The position numbers and the translations under genes are program-made. DNA of 64,000 bases, taken from NCBI RefSeq assembly GCF_009834535.1, contig NC_045696.1, forward strand, positions 100,194,001 through 100,258,000. The letters run 5' to 3'. Source of the stretch: Camelus ferus (lineage: Eukaryota). Positions 49,598-63,746 of this stretch are shown here, one piece after another. Below the pieces are notes generated by a model. That model searched no databases. It worked only from the letters and a program-made list of their open reading frames with translations, and was not told the origin of the DNA. Position 1 is the first letter of the stretch, and every line of letters begins with the position of its first letter.

Positions 49598-50320
49598 CCT
49601 CATTCAGCAGATGTCCATTGGGAACCTGCTATATGCTAAACCCTTAAGATGTACTGCTGAGCAAAAGATACGCTGTGTTTCTGGAATTTACAGTCTAGTT
49701 GGGGGAGACAGACTTTAATCTCAATAATAACTGTAATTAATATGTAATTACAATTTGTCATAAGTGTTCTGAAAGAGAGGTAGAGAAGCATTGAAAATAC
49801 TTAATGGGCACTGACCCACTTGGGTAGGTCAGGGAAGGTTCCCCAGAGGATGTGGCATATGTGTAAGAATCTCAAATTTGAATAGGCAGTGGCGACACCA
49901 AGTGATCAGAGAGGGCATTAGATAAAGGTTTTGCATAGGCTCTTCTGCTCAGGGTGGGAGGGAGCAGGTATTGTTGGAGAACAACAACAACGAAAAATGC
50001 CAGTACAGCTGAAGCAAAGAGAGTGAAGGGGAGAGAGGTGGTGGATGAGATTAGAGAGGACAGAGGTAATGGGTAATGGAGCTCAGTCATCATCCTAAGA
50101 GTAACAGAAAGTCATTTAAGGATTCTTAGCAATGAGGTGAACTGATTAGATAGCTAAGAATTTTGAAAAGATAACTCTGATTGCTTTGTAGAGATGTGAC
50201 TGGAGTTGGTTTAGGAAGCTGTTGTGGAAACTGGAGCTAGTGATGATCGTAATTTTAGTTAGCTTGCTTGGAGGTGGAGTAAAATGCAAAGATTTGAGAA
50301 AGTGCATCTACAGTTAGATG
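49598..50320 (-). mobile_element. LINE-2 3' portion
   Basis: cattcagcagatgtccattgggaacctgctatatgct...ggaatttacagtctagttgggggagacagac...ggtcagggaaggttccccagagga...ttttgaaaagataactctgattgct. Confidence 0.75.
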
Positions 50321-50389
50321 CTAAATTATTTTAATGAACAGCTTCAAGTTGAACTGTTTTACATAGTTGTTTGTTTGTTTTCACTATTA

Positions 50390-51220
50390 CAGTAGTACCC
50401 CTCTTATCTTCAGGGCATACATTTCAAGACCCCTAGTGGATGCCTGAAACTGTGGATAGTATCAAATCCTGTATATGTTTTTTTTCCTATATGTACATAC
50501 CTATGATAAAATTTAATTTATGGATTAGGCACAGTAAAAGATAAACAATGATAACTTAAAATAGAACAGTTATAACAAGATACTGTAATAAAGTTATGTG
50601 AATGTGGTCTCTCTCACTCTCATAATATCTTATTGTATAAAGTTAATGCCTTTTCCATCTTAATTAAGTACTTACCATGCACTGTGGCTGTAACTTCTAC
50701 AGTTTGAGGTGTGACAGCAATACTAACGTGAGTTTCTTTTCCTTCTTCACAATTTCACAGATAGATGATTTGTTCTCAGTGTAGATCGTGGCAACCTCAG
50801 CATGTGAGTTTTTTTTTTTTTTTCTTATTAAGTCAAGAACTTTAACCTTTTCACTTAAAGGAAACACATACGGCTTCTCTTTGGCATATCTGAATTGCCA
50901 GCATCACTGCTCTTGTGCTTTGGGGCCATTATTAAGTAGAATAAGCATTTCTTAAACACTTACACATGATACCATGACAGTGGATTTGATATTCACTGAG
51001 GCGGCTACCAGGTAACAAACAGGTGGGATATGCTGGACAAAGGGATGATTCACATCCCGGGTGGGACATAGCAGGAGGGCAAGAGATTTCATCTTGCTAC
51101 TCAGAATGGTGCTCAATTTAAAACTTACGAATTGTTTATTTTTGGAATTTTCCATTTAATATTTTAAGAACATGGTTGACCCCGTGGGTAACAGAAACCA
51201 CGTGTAGGGGGACAGTACTG
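50390..51220. mobile_element. MER44/Tigger7-family TcMar DNA transposon derivative (831 bp)
   Basis: ta|CAGTAGTACCCCTCTTATC ... AGGGGGACAGTACTG|ta: imperfect TIRs with a TA target duplication; internal caagacccctagtggatgcctgaaac and gggatgattcacatccc motifs. Confidence 0.9.
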
Positions 51221-51364
51221 TAGTAGCATCATAAAACCTTTTGAGAGCTGGAAGAGGTATCAGGTTCTTGACTGGGTAACTGGTAGAGAAAGAGATCGAG
51301 TTACATAACTTGCTGAGATTTGCACATCAGCCGTGACCTCCCTTACCCATGCATCTGTTGAGTA

Positions 51365-51580
51365 GAAATAATAAGATACTGTCTAACACGTGTAGGACTT
51401 ACAGTGTGTCAGGCACTTCATGTATAGTAACTCATTAACCCTCACAGCAAGCCTCTCAGGTGCTATGATTACACACATATAATAGATGAGAAGCAGATGA
51501 GGCACAGATTTTAAGTAACTGACAGATTTCAAACAAGTGATGAATTATAGGTCTGAGGTTGGAACCCAAAGGAGCTTGTC
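51365..51580 (-). mobile_element. MIR
   Basis: acttacagtgtgtcaggcact...ctcattaaccctcacagcaa...gatgaggcacaga...taagtaact...ggaacccaaa. Confidence 0.7.
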
Positions 51581-51599
51581 TTCAGAGCCACATGGCCGA

Positions 51600-51803
51600 C
51601 TACGTGGCAAACCATGACCCTTTGGCCAAATCTGGCCCACGGCTGTTTTTGCACAGCCAGCCAGAAAACTAAGAATTTCTTTTTATATTTTTTAAATGTT
51701 TTAAAGAAGAAGGGAGAATTGTGACAGAGAATTGTGTATGTAGACCACAAAGCCTAAAATATTTACAATTTGGCCTTTTTTAGCAAAAGTTTGCTGGCCC
51801 CTG
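51600..51803. mobile_element. MER58A-like hAT-Charlie element
   Basis: ggcaaacc...ggccaaatctggccca...cacaaagcctaaaatatttacaatttggcctttt...aaagtttgctggcccctg. Confidence 0.8.
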
Positions 51804-52984
51804 CACTATGCTGATCATTACCAAGAAAACATGTCCCTTGAATAAAAAATTGATAGCTGCTGACCTTTACACATGAAGGACATGTCTGTCATTAAATGAG
51901 TTATCACTGAATGAAAACAGTGTACTCAGAGCTCCTTCTGTGATAGAATTTTTCTTGATTTTTGCAAATTTGAAATTAAGAACTGGTTTGACTGTGTGTA
52001 GAGAGTTTCTTGGGAAGATAGGAGATTTATCTCCCTGAGTGAGATTAAAGGGAGTTGGACTAGTGCTGAGTTACTGAATGTGTTGTCTGTCATTAGGACA
52101 GTGAATTTCTGCTGGATTTATGTGCTGATTTTAACATTAGAGACAGCATATATTAGCCAAAAAACTTCCTGTTTTAAACCCATAATTTGTTTTTGGAAAG
52201 AAAAATTAGATCAGCACTAAAAATTGATAAATTCTGCTGGTATATCAACAACTATTTGGAGAAAAAACCTGGCCTCTTAATGCATTCTTCCCTGCCCCCT
52301 GGCTGTAAGTGCATTAATAAAAGAGAACATGGCAAGATGTTTTGCCTTTGTTTGTCTGTTTTGGCCTTTTAAATAAATTGTCTTGATTTTTGGAGAAATT
52401 CTATTACTCATCTGAATTTTGGTAGATAGCTAAATATGAAGCCACTTAACAAATATGTATTAAACGTTACTGTAGTGCTAGGTATTTTGGAGGGACTTTG
52501 TAAATATGATTACAGAAGGTTTATGGGTATTTTTTTGGCTATGATGTGATTTTCATTTGATAAATGGTTGTTCTAGTCAAGCACACTGTATAGATACATT
52601 ACATGTTTCTTGCTCACGAAAACTATAAATCTATTTTCTATAGAGTCAGGCAGTGGCTCTAGAGTTTACATTTGGTCACAGTGGGCTTCCATTTGCCCTT
52701 TCTCTGACACCGTCATAGACTGGTTTTGGTAGTGGTTGATGGGTGTCCATTAGTCAAGCCCATTTCTTCAGTCACCTGCCTTTATCATTTTGGCTGTTGT
52801 GGGTGGATTGGGTAAGATATTAATTATAGTTGTTTAAATTGTAATTTTGTTTGGTTAGAAAAGCTTTCTAGTTCATCTTTTCTTTTACTTAGATAATTCA
52901 GATGGTTAAAAAGAATTTTATATTGAATATTTTTATGTCATTTTTCTGATTGGAAGATTAGGAATTGTCTATAAAGTTGAACTC

Positions 52985-53540
52985 CCTTTTTTTAAATTGT
53001 AGTAATTTCCAATTATTGCACATAATTTTCCAAACACGTATAAGTGGAATCCAGCTTTAACAGTCATCACATATGTGCAGTCTTGTTTAATCTTATCCTC
53101 CTTCATCGCCTTCTGTGTACCCCAGATAATTTTAAATAAATCACAAACAGTATATCCTTTCCTTGGTTAAATACTTTAGTATTTGTGTCTAAATTATAAG
53201 GACTCTAAAAAATATCAATTCCATTAGCATTAGCAAAATTCAAAATAATTTCATAATATTAACACATTTCCAAGTAGTGTTCAGATTTTCCTGAATACTT
53301 TTTTACAGTTGGCTGTTCAAATCAGGACCCAAATAAAGGTCATGGTTTACATTTGGTCGAATTGTCTCTTAATTCTGGTTTCCCTTTCCTTTTTTTCTCT
53401 TTTGCCATTATTCTCTAGGTCAGTTGTCTTCTGTCCTTATATTCCTGATAAATTTGTGGTGTACATTTTAGTGGAATCTAAAGTGTGTGTCAGATGTAGG
53501 TTACATTTTTTGACAGGAATACTTCATAGATGGTGAGCAA
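52985..53540 (-). mobile_element. Old L1ME-type 3' fragment
   Basis: aattttaaataaatcacaaaca...aaatactttagtatttgtgtctaaattataaggact...gttcaaatcaggacccaaataaaggtc...acaggaatacttcatagatggtg. Confidence 0.6.
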
Positions 53541-55421
53541 GTTGGAATGTTGAATTGGTTGGTGAGAACTTGTGAGTGGAGCACGTCATAATGTTTTTCT
53601 TTTATTTCCCCCAGTTGTCCTTTAACAAAATTACTTACTTATTACATTTTTTTTTTTTTTGATGATTAGCAACAGTACTGAAACAGTAGGAGTCCTTATT
53701 TGGAGTAGGATTGCCAGACACAGTCCGACTACACATTTTTAGTTTTGCCGTGTGACTCACTGGGTTAGGTAACATTTCTGTCTCCCCAAGGGTCTGGCCA
53801 ACATTACTTTTCTTACTAAGGATGATGAAATCCTTGCTGTTAATTTTTTACTGGAAATTATAAGTATAAAAATCCATCCAGGCAGAATCTGTAAACTTAT
53901 AGCTAATTCTTAACGATTTATGTAGAAAAAGTTAAGAAAGAAAACTATATTTAAATACAGTCATTTTATTACAGAGAACAAGGCAAAATATTCCCTTTGC
54001 TGTTATGAAATAAAACTTAATATTCCTTATTTCAAAATTTATTGTGAATGATATGTTCAAGTTTTCTTAATTGATTAAGCCCTATTTGAAACTTTACAAG
54101 TGAAATTTGTTTTTTTTTAAAAAGGAATTGTTAATTGAAAAAGCACTCTGAAAATATATTTACTTCAGGCTTGACAGTTTAATGAAAATGACTTATTCTT
54201 CCTTGAATATCTGTTTCTCATAGGGTGAAAATTATGTGAGAAATACACACTTCTAAAAAAAATCTGAGAATGTTAATTATCTTGATGGAAATGTTTTCCT
54301 TTTTTTTATTGACTTGTTTGAATTTATTTGTTTATGTGTGTTATACTTATTTATATTATGTTTAAATTATTTTCAGAATTTGATGATTGCCTTGGGTCCT
54401 ATGAAATTGCTTTTAGTTGAGTCCTATAATACATTAATGCTATATATTTCATTTTCAATGACTGTCTATTGCTTAGGGGATATTTAATACCATCAGAATT
54501 TTTTCTTATTGATAAGACAAGTGAAAGTCAAATATACAGCTCAGTGCCTAGAATGTCAAAAACATGTTAATTTTGCTTTCTTAGTCCACTGGTCCTCGTA
54601 TATCCTAAGATTAAAAAAACTGCCCTGACACCTTTGGCATTTTGTGATGCACTTGTTTCTTTCATGTATTTTCCAACGTGTCTTTTCCTGATAACCCATT
54701 TTCCTTAATCGCTTCTGATATTTTGAAATGACTCGTTAAATCTATCTACTTCTAATAAGAAGGGATGTTTTGTTAGTTTGAAAGTAATAATCCATTATAA
54801 TCAAAGCTGTGTATTTACTAGGGCAGTGCTGGTTTTGGTTCCTTTTATTCTTTAAAGGAAAAGCAAAACACTGAAGGTGATGTAAATGTGGATTTTGTAG
54901 ACTTGTCATATACAAAAATTCATTAATAGGAAGAAACTGTGATTCTCTTTCTAAATATTTGTTCCCAATTCATCATCATTTATTTTAAAAATTAGGATCA
55001 GTCTCATGATTGGATCTTTTCTTTTTGTACATGGGTTTTGAGGAATCATATTGCGCTTCTGGACCTCACTGATGTGTGTAATAAATCAGTGATGATTATA
55101 GGTGACAGTGGAGCTAGTTGATTAAATAGTGTCTAGGAGAGTTTGTCCTTACAGATGAAAATTTGTGCATTTATGGAAGTTTTCTCTTAGTGGTGAAGTC
55201 CTCTGATGAGGGGATGCTTTTAAGTATTAATGCACTTTCTTACCATTAAAATAATTCATTATTTGACAGTTCGTCATTTGGCAGTAGTATAGCCAATTTT
55301 AATTGCCTAGTTTTCCAACAGCTCCTTGTTTAGCCTCGTGTAGATTATCAAACTAGAACGTTCCCATGGGTTTAATGAGGTCTGTAATCACTATAGTCAG
55401 CTGTACAGTGTGAGCATTTAG

Positions 55422-55571
<150 letters not shown>

Positions 55572-56639
55572 TAATTCATGCAGATGTTAAAATATGTGCC
55601 TAAAGTACATTTTTCATAACAATGGGGACAACAGCAACACAGTGCTGTTAGTTTAGATATACTTGGTTGTTTTAAAGATACATTTTGGCCTTATTAATAA
55701 TACTCTGCCATGCAGACAATAATTTCTTAATTTTGCTAGTGCTTTGTGTAAACATGTTCTATAAAACAACAGAAAAATACATTTGTATATATTTTTATTT
55801 CTTTTGGGGAGTAAGGTATGAGGATGACATGATTTGACAGCAATTTTTTTCACTTTGAAGAATTTTTTTCTGAAATGGGTTTGACTACCCTTGGTGTATG
55901 TCTTTATTTAGAAGAATTGGAAACATTACTGTGAAGGAGATACCTTTCCTGTTCCTTCACTGAGAGGTGCTTTTCCTGGTGTTTATTTGTTTGTTTTAGA
56001 GGAATTTAATAACATTATAGATGTATAAAAGGGCTTTAGAAGACTTGTCTCTGGGGACTATCTCATTGATAAATGATCAGAGGAAACCTAGGGAATCTGG
56101 TAGGACTAGTGAGCTGTGAAAGGCCTGCATTTTAAAAAATAACTTATTTATTTTTTAATATAAATGAGGCTCTGTCAACCAGGTCATTTCTGCATATAGA
56201 GGCAAATAGGGCAAGATCTCAGGTAGGAAAACAAACACATGAACTTAATATATTTACAAAACAAAACAATAAACCGGAAAAAAAAAAAGAAGAAGAAGAA
56301 GAAAGGAAGATTGCTTTTTGCCCAGGGAAAACCCATGCTGTTCCAGTAGGTAATGAACAAAAAAAGGTAATATTTGCTACGTAACCACTGGAAGCTAGGT
56401 ACAGATGTTAACATAGAACAGCTATTAAAGAGGCTAACTTTGCTGGAAAAGAGATCTAGTGTTAACAACTAGATGTTTAATGTGGGTAAGTGAGTAATAC
56501 GCTAGAGAAGTTTGTGAGGGTAGTGGGGAAATATCGCACTGTGCGTTGATAGGCGTCAGTATGGAAGAAAAGTTAGGGTAAAATAATGCTGAAATCCAGT
56601 GGGGGGCATCTCAGGGGTTCAGACTGGGGGGAGTGTGGA

Positions 56640-56825
56640 ATATTTCTTATGTGTGAGACACTGTGTTAGGAACTTTATATGTGATCTACTGTTAATGCAT
56701 TATATAAACCATGTAAGGCAGGTATGACTTTGCTTATGAGTGAGAAAAACTTGCTCCTGGGTATGTAGCTGTGAGGTGTCAAATCTGGGACCCCAACCCC
56801 GTTTGACTGACTCTGGACTTTTGGA
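56640..56825 (-). mobile_element. MIR fragment in intron 2
   Basis: ttatgtgtgagacactgtgttaggaactttatatgt...aacttgctcctgg...ccaaccccgtttgactgactctgga. Confidence 0.65.
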
Positions 56826-56854
56826 TCCTCCTGCCGTCTTCTCATTAGGAAATG

Positions 56855-57045
56855 CAGTGTTTCTCACAGACTGGACGCCAGACCGCCAGCATCGGCGTTG
56901 TCTGGGAAACAGGAAAGAGGATTCTTAGGCCCCACCTCAGACCTACTGACTCATAAACTCGGGGAGCAGGACCCAGCAGTCTGTGTTTTAACCAGCCCTC
57001 CATGTTGCATTTTAAATCTGATGCATTTGAAAGTTTGACACACTG
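56855..57045. mobile_element. MER5A (hAT-Charlie MITE)
   Basis: cagtgtttctca...gattcttaggccccacctcagacctactgactcataaact...gtctgtgttttaaccagccctcc...aaagtttgacacactg. Confidence 0.88.
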
Positions 57046-58257
57046 ATGAGGTGGAAAGAAAATGGGGACTAGAGCTTAAGCAACATGGTGCCCTGCACAG
57101 GGGGGGCGCTCAGGTGTGCCTGGGCCCGGCGTTACTGGAAAAGTCCGGAAGGTTTGTAGGATGGAAATGTATCAAATCTTAGGGCCAGAGGAGGCCACTT
57201 TTTAGGGCAAAAACGAATAATTCTACTAGACTGGCCTCGATCTGAATCCAGGTTCCTACACCTGTTTGAGTCTTTTTGGCTCGTAGTAACTAACACTCTT
57301 CAGTGTAAGTAGTGATGATGAAGTTCTGACTAGAGACCTGAGGCTTGGGGGCCCTACGAGTGCTTCCAGCCAGGTTTCTGCTTGGCTCAATGTTAAGTAC
57401 ATTCGGAACGAATAACATTTATTTTCTAAATTAATTTTATCTTTTTTTGTATTTATTTTTAATTTCATTCCCCCTTGATTTCACAGATCTTTTAGCAGAT
57501 CATTATTTTAGAAACTTCAGGCTTTGGGTGAAACTAAGATACAAGGTGTGTGTGTGGCAGAGGGGGACACGGACCTGCTTCCTGCTCCCTCAGAGCTTCT
57601 GGTGTGTCCGCAGGCACTTCTGATTAACAAGGCAGCCGCTGAGGCAAACAGCCGAGAATGGCTGCCAGTTTATCTCTGAGTACTTGTGCTTAGGCGATTG
57701 TTTTGCATGGATATATTGTTATTAAGCTTTTGAAGGGAATGTAAGATTAATGTTTTTAAGGTAAAGCAGGTGATGTTTGACCTGATGTCCTCTGTGTTTC
57801 CCTGGACAACCCTTTTAGTTCAGTAGGAAAATCGCTTAAGGGCCCCATCCAGGAATCCCTGAGCTTCCAGGGCTCCCAGTGGTCATCATGCAGGTTTCCT
57901 GCCAGATTGGAAAGTGCTGGGGAAGGTTTCTGCATTTTCTTTTTTATTTCAGTCTGAACAAATAGAAATAAGGTATGAGAAATACTTTCTGTGGCTTCCC
58001 TGCCCAGCCCCCAACTTCCTTGGATTGGACTGTACTTTTGAAAGGATAACGCTGGGAGTGGCATTTTATGGGGTGGATAACATTGAAGAATTATGACCTG
58101 ACGTAGGCATCAAGTTTTTTTTTCTGTCTAGCATCATGATTTGGTGAAATGTTTAGTTTCACACTATGCAAGTTGCTGGTGACTTCCAGTTTTTATGATA
58201 CTTACCAGAATTTGAGTTTTGCCCAGGGATTAAATGTTTACTTCATTTAATTTATAG

Positions 58258-58394
58258 GTCCTTGGTCAAGGAGAAGAGTGGAGAGGTGGTGACGGAGTTA
58301 ATACTATTGGAGGGGGCCAAAAAGTGAGATTAATGAAAGAAGTCATGGAACATTATGCCAATCGAGAGGATCTGGTTGTCTTGTTTACTGAATG
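58258..58394 (+). CDS. PLOD2: PLOD2 coding exon 3 (137 nt); the gene continues beyond what is visible here
   Basis: Acceptor tttaatttatag|GTC and donor ATG|GTAAGA. In frame with exon 2: [45 protein letters not shown] plus TG. The GGGQKVRL motif marks the PLOD family and FTEC is LH2-type. Confidence 0.98.
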
Positions 58395-59537
58395 GTAAGA
58401 GAAGTAACCTATGGATTTGTAAGTCTATATTAAATTACTTTAAAAGAATTGAAATTTATATATTTAGATTGTATATTAAATTATTTTCTTCACAAGGAAT
58501 CATCATTTTAAAATGTTAGATTTTACTCAAAATTATAAAACCATGGTCTGACATAGTTATGTAATTTGATGAGTTACCATGAACACCGGTGGGAAAACAG
58601 GGCACAAACTAAAGTTTTTGTGAAATTTATGTTTTAATCCTGACTTGATTTGGAGTAAAGATCATGTTGAATCTTTCCATTGAAGAGTGTGACTCAGTGG
58701 ATTCTGGTCACCCGGGAGGAAACACATTGTGTAAGTTATAAGTGAGAAATAGAAAAAATCCTATGCTTATTAAGAGAAGAAAGGCTTTCTCATGTGGAAT
58801 TATCTTTTTGTATACTACTTTGCTTTTCTTCTGCTTAATTTGGAGCGTTCGCTGTGTTTCCCTAGTTTCTTCTGAAATGTTTTTAATAATTTGTCAAGAT
58901 TTAATAATTTGTCAAGTTGTCATGAGCCATTATGGTTGCCATCTTCTTCCATTTTCTCTACATTCTTTTTTATTTTTATTTTTTGGTCATCGATTCCTCA
59001 TGTTAAATTCCCTTGCATTTTCCTCTCTAACTTAGGACAGTTTACTTTTTATTTATTTATTTTTATTCCTCTCTCAATTTAAAAATCCAAAACCACAAGT
59101 TATTACAAGGGAAAGTAAGAATGATGCTTTTTATGCAAATGTGTTAAATAAGAAAGACAGCAGAAATTTTGGAAATGAAAATAGACATACTGAAGTCCTG
59201 GTGCCATCAACACAGGTTTTGAAAGGATCCATATACTTGCATCTTTAGAATTTCCCTAATGTCTCCTTGGAAAAAAATAAAACTCTACTTATGGTTACTT
59301 GTTCTTGTGGCATGAGATGTGGTATGGATGGTGTTAGCTTGTGTACTGAGAATTTTTCTACAGAATCTATTATTATATATATTTTTTACCCTAAAAAAAA
59401 GAGTTGGAAGTTCATAATTGTTTGGATTAAATACCGAGTATGTTTGGTTTAAAATAGCCGTGGACTTTAAACAACCATTTCTGTCAGCTTGAACTTGCCA
59501 CATGTACATTTCGATTTTGACTTGAGGCAAATTCTCC

Positions 59538-59637
59538 NNNNNNNNNNNNNNNNNNNNNNNNNNNNNNNNNNNNNNNNNNNNNNNNNNNNNNNNNNNNNNN
59601 NNNNNNNNNNNNNNNNNNNNNNNNNNNNNNNNNNNNN
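59538..59637. other. Assembly gap (100 N) in intron 3
   Basis: Exactly 100 N, a common placeholder for a gap of unknown size. Confidence 0.99.
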
Positions 59638-61833
59638 TCATATTGTTTTCATTCATAGTTGCTTTCAGTATTTATGTCCTTGTTCAGTATTATATCTATG
59701 AGCATTCGTATTTTTCATTTGTTTTCATAATGGTGTATACATAGTTTTGTGCTTTTTAATTAACATTTTATTTGAAATAAGTTTTTATATTTACTCTACA
59801 TTATTATTTTCATACTTATCTAGATATAATCTATAAATCAATTTTTAGATAGAAACTACGACTTCTGGTTTGAAGTTTTACTATTCTTGAAACTTATTTA
59901 TTGTTAGCAACACATCATCATACACTTATTTTAATACATAACCTTTTTCTTTTAAATATCAGATAATACACTTCTTAAGATAATCATTGTAAAATTGGTA
60001 GTATTTTTTATACAAACAGAAGTTAAACATAAGAAGAGCACATGACCTAATTTGCACATGAAAATGTCATTTCTGAAATGAATTTGATTTGCAGTAAAAA
60101 TAGGGACCTTACTTTTGTGCTTATAAACAACAATGCTTGGGTCACTATGACCTTGAATAATTGGATGATTTGTAAAAAAAGGAAAGAAAAAAAGAAAAGA
60201 TTCGGTTGGAAAAGTTTCTCTGCCAGTGACATGACATCACCCTTGGAACCGTTTTGATATTGTGAAAGAAGGATCCGGAGAGCACTGCCACCTAGAAGCC
60301 AGGGACTGCCCGGAACAGCCTAACTACAGAAACAGTTTTCTGCACTTTCCAAAGCCGCCAGCATAAATGTCTGCAATTTTTAATGAGGAAAACAGATGTA
60401 AATGGAGGATGGGGTTGGTGGATAACCTGCTTGTGTGATGAGAGATCCAGAAGAAGGAGGTTTCCAGTCTTAACTGTCTATGGAAATCAAATTGAGGCAA
60501 AAAGTGAAGTAGAAAATTTACAATATGAAGTTTTAGTTCTGAAAACGAAATGTAGCACCTTTTATGCTCTACCCTTAAAAAAAATTGATCATTTTCATAT
60601 TCACATAGGGGTTCTAGTAGACTGATCAGTAATTCATTAAATAAATATTTAATTTGTTATGAAATTCCTGAGATGAGGAAAGTGCCAGACTTTATATGTA
60701 GATATTTTAGATATGTCTAACTGTTTGGGAGATTTTTTTTCTTCCTTTAAAAAAAAATTCTTTCCCAGAATTTTTAAAATGAAACTGTGTATTTCCCACT
60801 AGCCTTTTAAAAAAGTCCTTTTAGAAATAATGCTTACTAGAAGATCCATTTTCACACGAATCTATTTTCTTTCTTCAAAACCATAACATTATATAGAACA
60901 TAAATGATTAATGTTTGCATGTATAGTTTGACAACAGTAAAATTTTTGTTTTTATTATAAAGGCATATTAAAATGACCACATTGACTTTTGAAATGTTGT
61001 TAACGAATGTCATAACTACATATTTCCTGTCTTTTAACTTGTTTCCCGATTTATCATGAGGTTCAAAAGGGTTGTGAATGAGTTACTTTTTCATGTCTTA
61101 TTGTGCTGTACAGAATAATGTATCTGTCTACAATATCTGTGTAACACAAAGACTTGTAGTTAATACTGTACTTGTTTCAATAACATTTGTCTCAGTTGTA
61201 GTACAGTAGAAATATGAATGGAATCCCAGATAACTGAGAGGAATCAGGTAAAAGGGCACTACAATAATTTCTTCATCTGTTCTGTACCGTAAGATTTCTT
61301 TTAGAGTCTTAGGAAGCTAGAAAAATCCAGTGGGCACTTCTGTACATCTTTGACGAACCATATTTCATGTATAAACACTTTTTCTTTTGAGTTTATTTCA
61401 CCTTTTTGATGAAAAATTAGCAGTTATGTAAGCATAATGTGGAGTTTAGTTACTTCCATTTAATAGTAATACAAAATTACAGCCAAAACTAGTCCAAAAC
61501 TACAAATGTTCGTAATACTACAGGTATTAAAATCGCAGCAGAATGTGTAATAATTTCTTTAAAGTAAGGTTGGCAGAGTTCCCCTAAAATGTTCACACTC
61601 TAGGGATATTCAAAAAAGTGTTTCTTGAGGGCTCAGAGCTCATCTTAGTGTGCTTATCTCTCTCTCCCATCCATCTTCCCTCATGTTCTCCGAAACCCAA
61701 AACATACACAAGGACTCAGATTTTAGATACAATGAATGGTAACGGATGCTTAAGGAGAGGGGGAGATAAGTTCCAAAGGAGATGCTCTGAGAGGTTTGAA
61801 AGGGAAAGGTGGGGAAGCAGTATTATACTTTAG

Positions 61834-63695
61834 TTTTTTTTCTCTTCCAATTTTATTGAGGTATAATTGACATACAGTAGTGTGTAAGTTTAAGGTGTAC
61901 AGCGTAATAATTTGACCTACATACATCATGAAAAGATTTCCACAGTAAGTTCAGTGAGTATCCATCATCTCACACAGATAGAAAATAAAAGGGAAAATTT
62001 TTTTTCCTTGTGATGAGAACTCAGGATTAATTTTCTTAGCAACGTTCATATATAACACACAGCAGTGTTAATTACATTTATCATGTTGTACATTACATCC
62101 CAAGTACTTATTTATCTTATAGCTGAAGTTTGTACCTTCTGATCAGTTTTATACAATTTCCGCTCCCCTGCCTCTGCCTCTGGTGACCACAAATCTGATC
62201 TCTTTTTCTATGAGATCGTTTGCTTGTTCGTTTTTGAGGTACAATTGCCTAAAACACTTATGTTAGTTCCTGGTGCACAGCATAGTAATTTGATATTTCT
62301 ACACATTACAAAATGATCACCACAATAAATCTTAAGTATCATTTGTCATTTAAAAAGATATTACATTATGATTGACTGTATTTTCCACACTGTTCATTTT
62401 ATACCCAAGGCTCATTTGTTTTGTAACTGGAAGTGTGTAAATCTTAATCTCCCTCTAATTCTCTCATCCCACCACTCCCACCCTCTCTGGCAACCACTGT
62501 TTGTTTTCTGTATCTGTGACTCTGTTTCTGATTTGTTATGTTTATTCATTTGTTTTGTTTTTTAGATTTTGTATATAAGTGATATCATATGGTATTTGTC
62601 TTTCTCTGTCTGACTTATTTCACTTTGACTAATACTCTCTAGGTTCATTCATGTTGTTGCCAATGGCAAGATTTCATTTTTTTAATGGCTGAGTAATAGT
62701 CCACAGTATATATGTATCACAATTTCTTTATCCATTCACCTATTGGTAGACACTTAGGCTGCTTACATATATCCTGGCTATTGTAAATAATGCTGCAGTG
62801 AACATAGGGGTACATATATATCTTTTAGAATTAGTGTTTTTGTTTTCTTGGAAAAAAATACCCAGAAGTGGAATTGATGGATCATACGGTAGTTCTCTGT
62901 TTAGTTTTTTGAGGGACCTCCATACTGTTTTCCATAGTGGCTGCACCAATTTACATTCCCGCCAACATTGCAGGAGGGTTCCCCTTTCTCCAAATCCTCA
63001 CCAACATTTATTTTTTTTGTTTGTTTGTTTTTTTTGATAATAGCCATTTTAACAAGTGTGAGGTGATATCTCACTGTGTTTTTGATTTGCATTTCCCTGA
63101 TTAATTACATTGAGCATCTTTTCATGTGTCTGTTGGCCATTTGTATGTCTTCGGCAAAATGTCTTTTCAGGTCCTCTGCTCATTTTTCATTGGGTTTTTT
63201 TTTTGATGTTGAATTGTATGAATTCTTTGTATATTTTGCATATCAACCCCTTATTGGACATATTGTTTGCAAATGTCTTCTTCCATTCAGTAGGCAACCT
63301 TTTAGTTTTGTTGATAGTAGTTTTCTTCACTGTGCAAAGGCTTTATGGTTTGATTTAGTCCCATTTATTTTGCTTTTGTTTCTCTTGCCTGAGGAGGCAT
63401 ATCCAAAAAATACTGCTAAGAGCAATGTCAAAGAGTGTACTGCCTATATTTTCTTCTAGAAGTTTTATGGTTTCAGTTCTTATATTTAAGTCTTTCTTGT
63501 GAGTTTATTGCTGTATATATTATGAGAAAGTAGTCCAATTTGATCCTTTTGGATATAGTTGTCCAGTTTTCTCAACATCATTTATTAAAGAGGCTATCTT
63601 TTCCCATTGTATATTCTTGCCTCCATTTTCAAAGATTAACCATGTAAGTGTAGGTTTATTTCTGGGCTCTCTATTCTGTTCTTTTTATCTGTGTG

Positions 63696-63746
<51 letters not shown>

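Noticed and set aside
55926..55936. TACTGTGAAGG repeating the end of exon 2
   Set aside because: Only 11 nt with no flanking similarity and no GT donor; chance match.
57084..57115. CTCF-like CACAGGGGGGGCGCTC
   Set aside because: Poor match in the 5' half; better explained as a decayed MIR/L2 tail (gtgcctggcacatagtaggcgctca).
59285..59701. ORFs spanning the N gap
   Set aside because: Artefacts of translating Ns.
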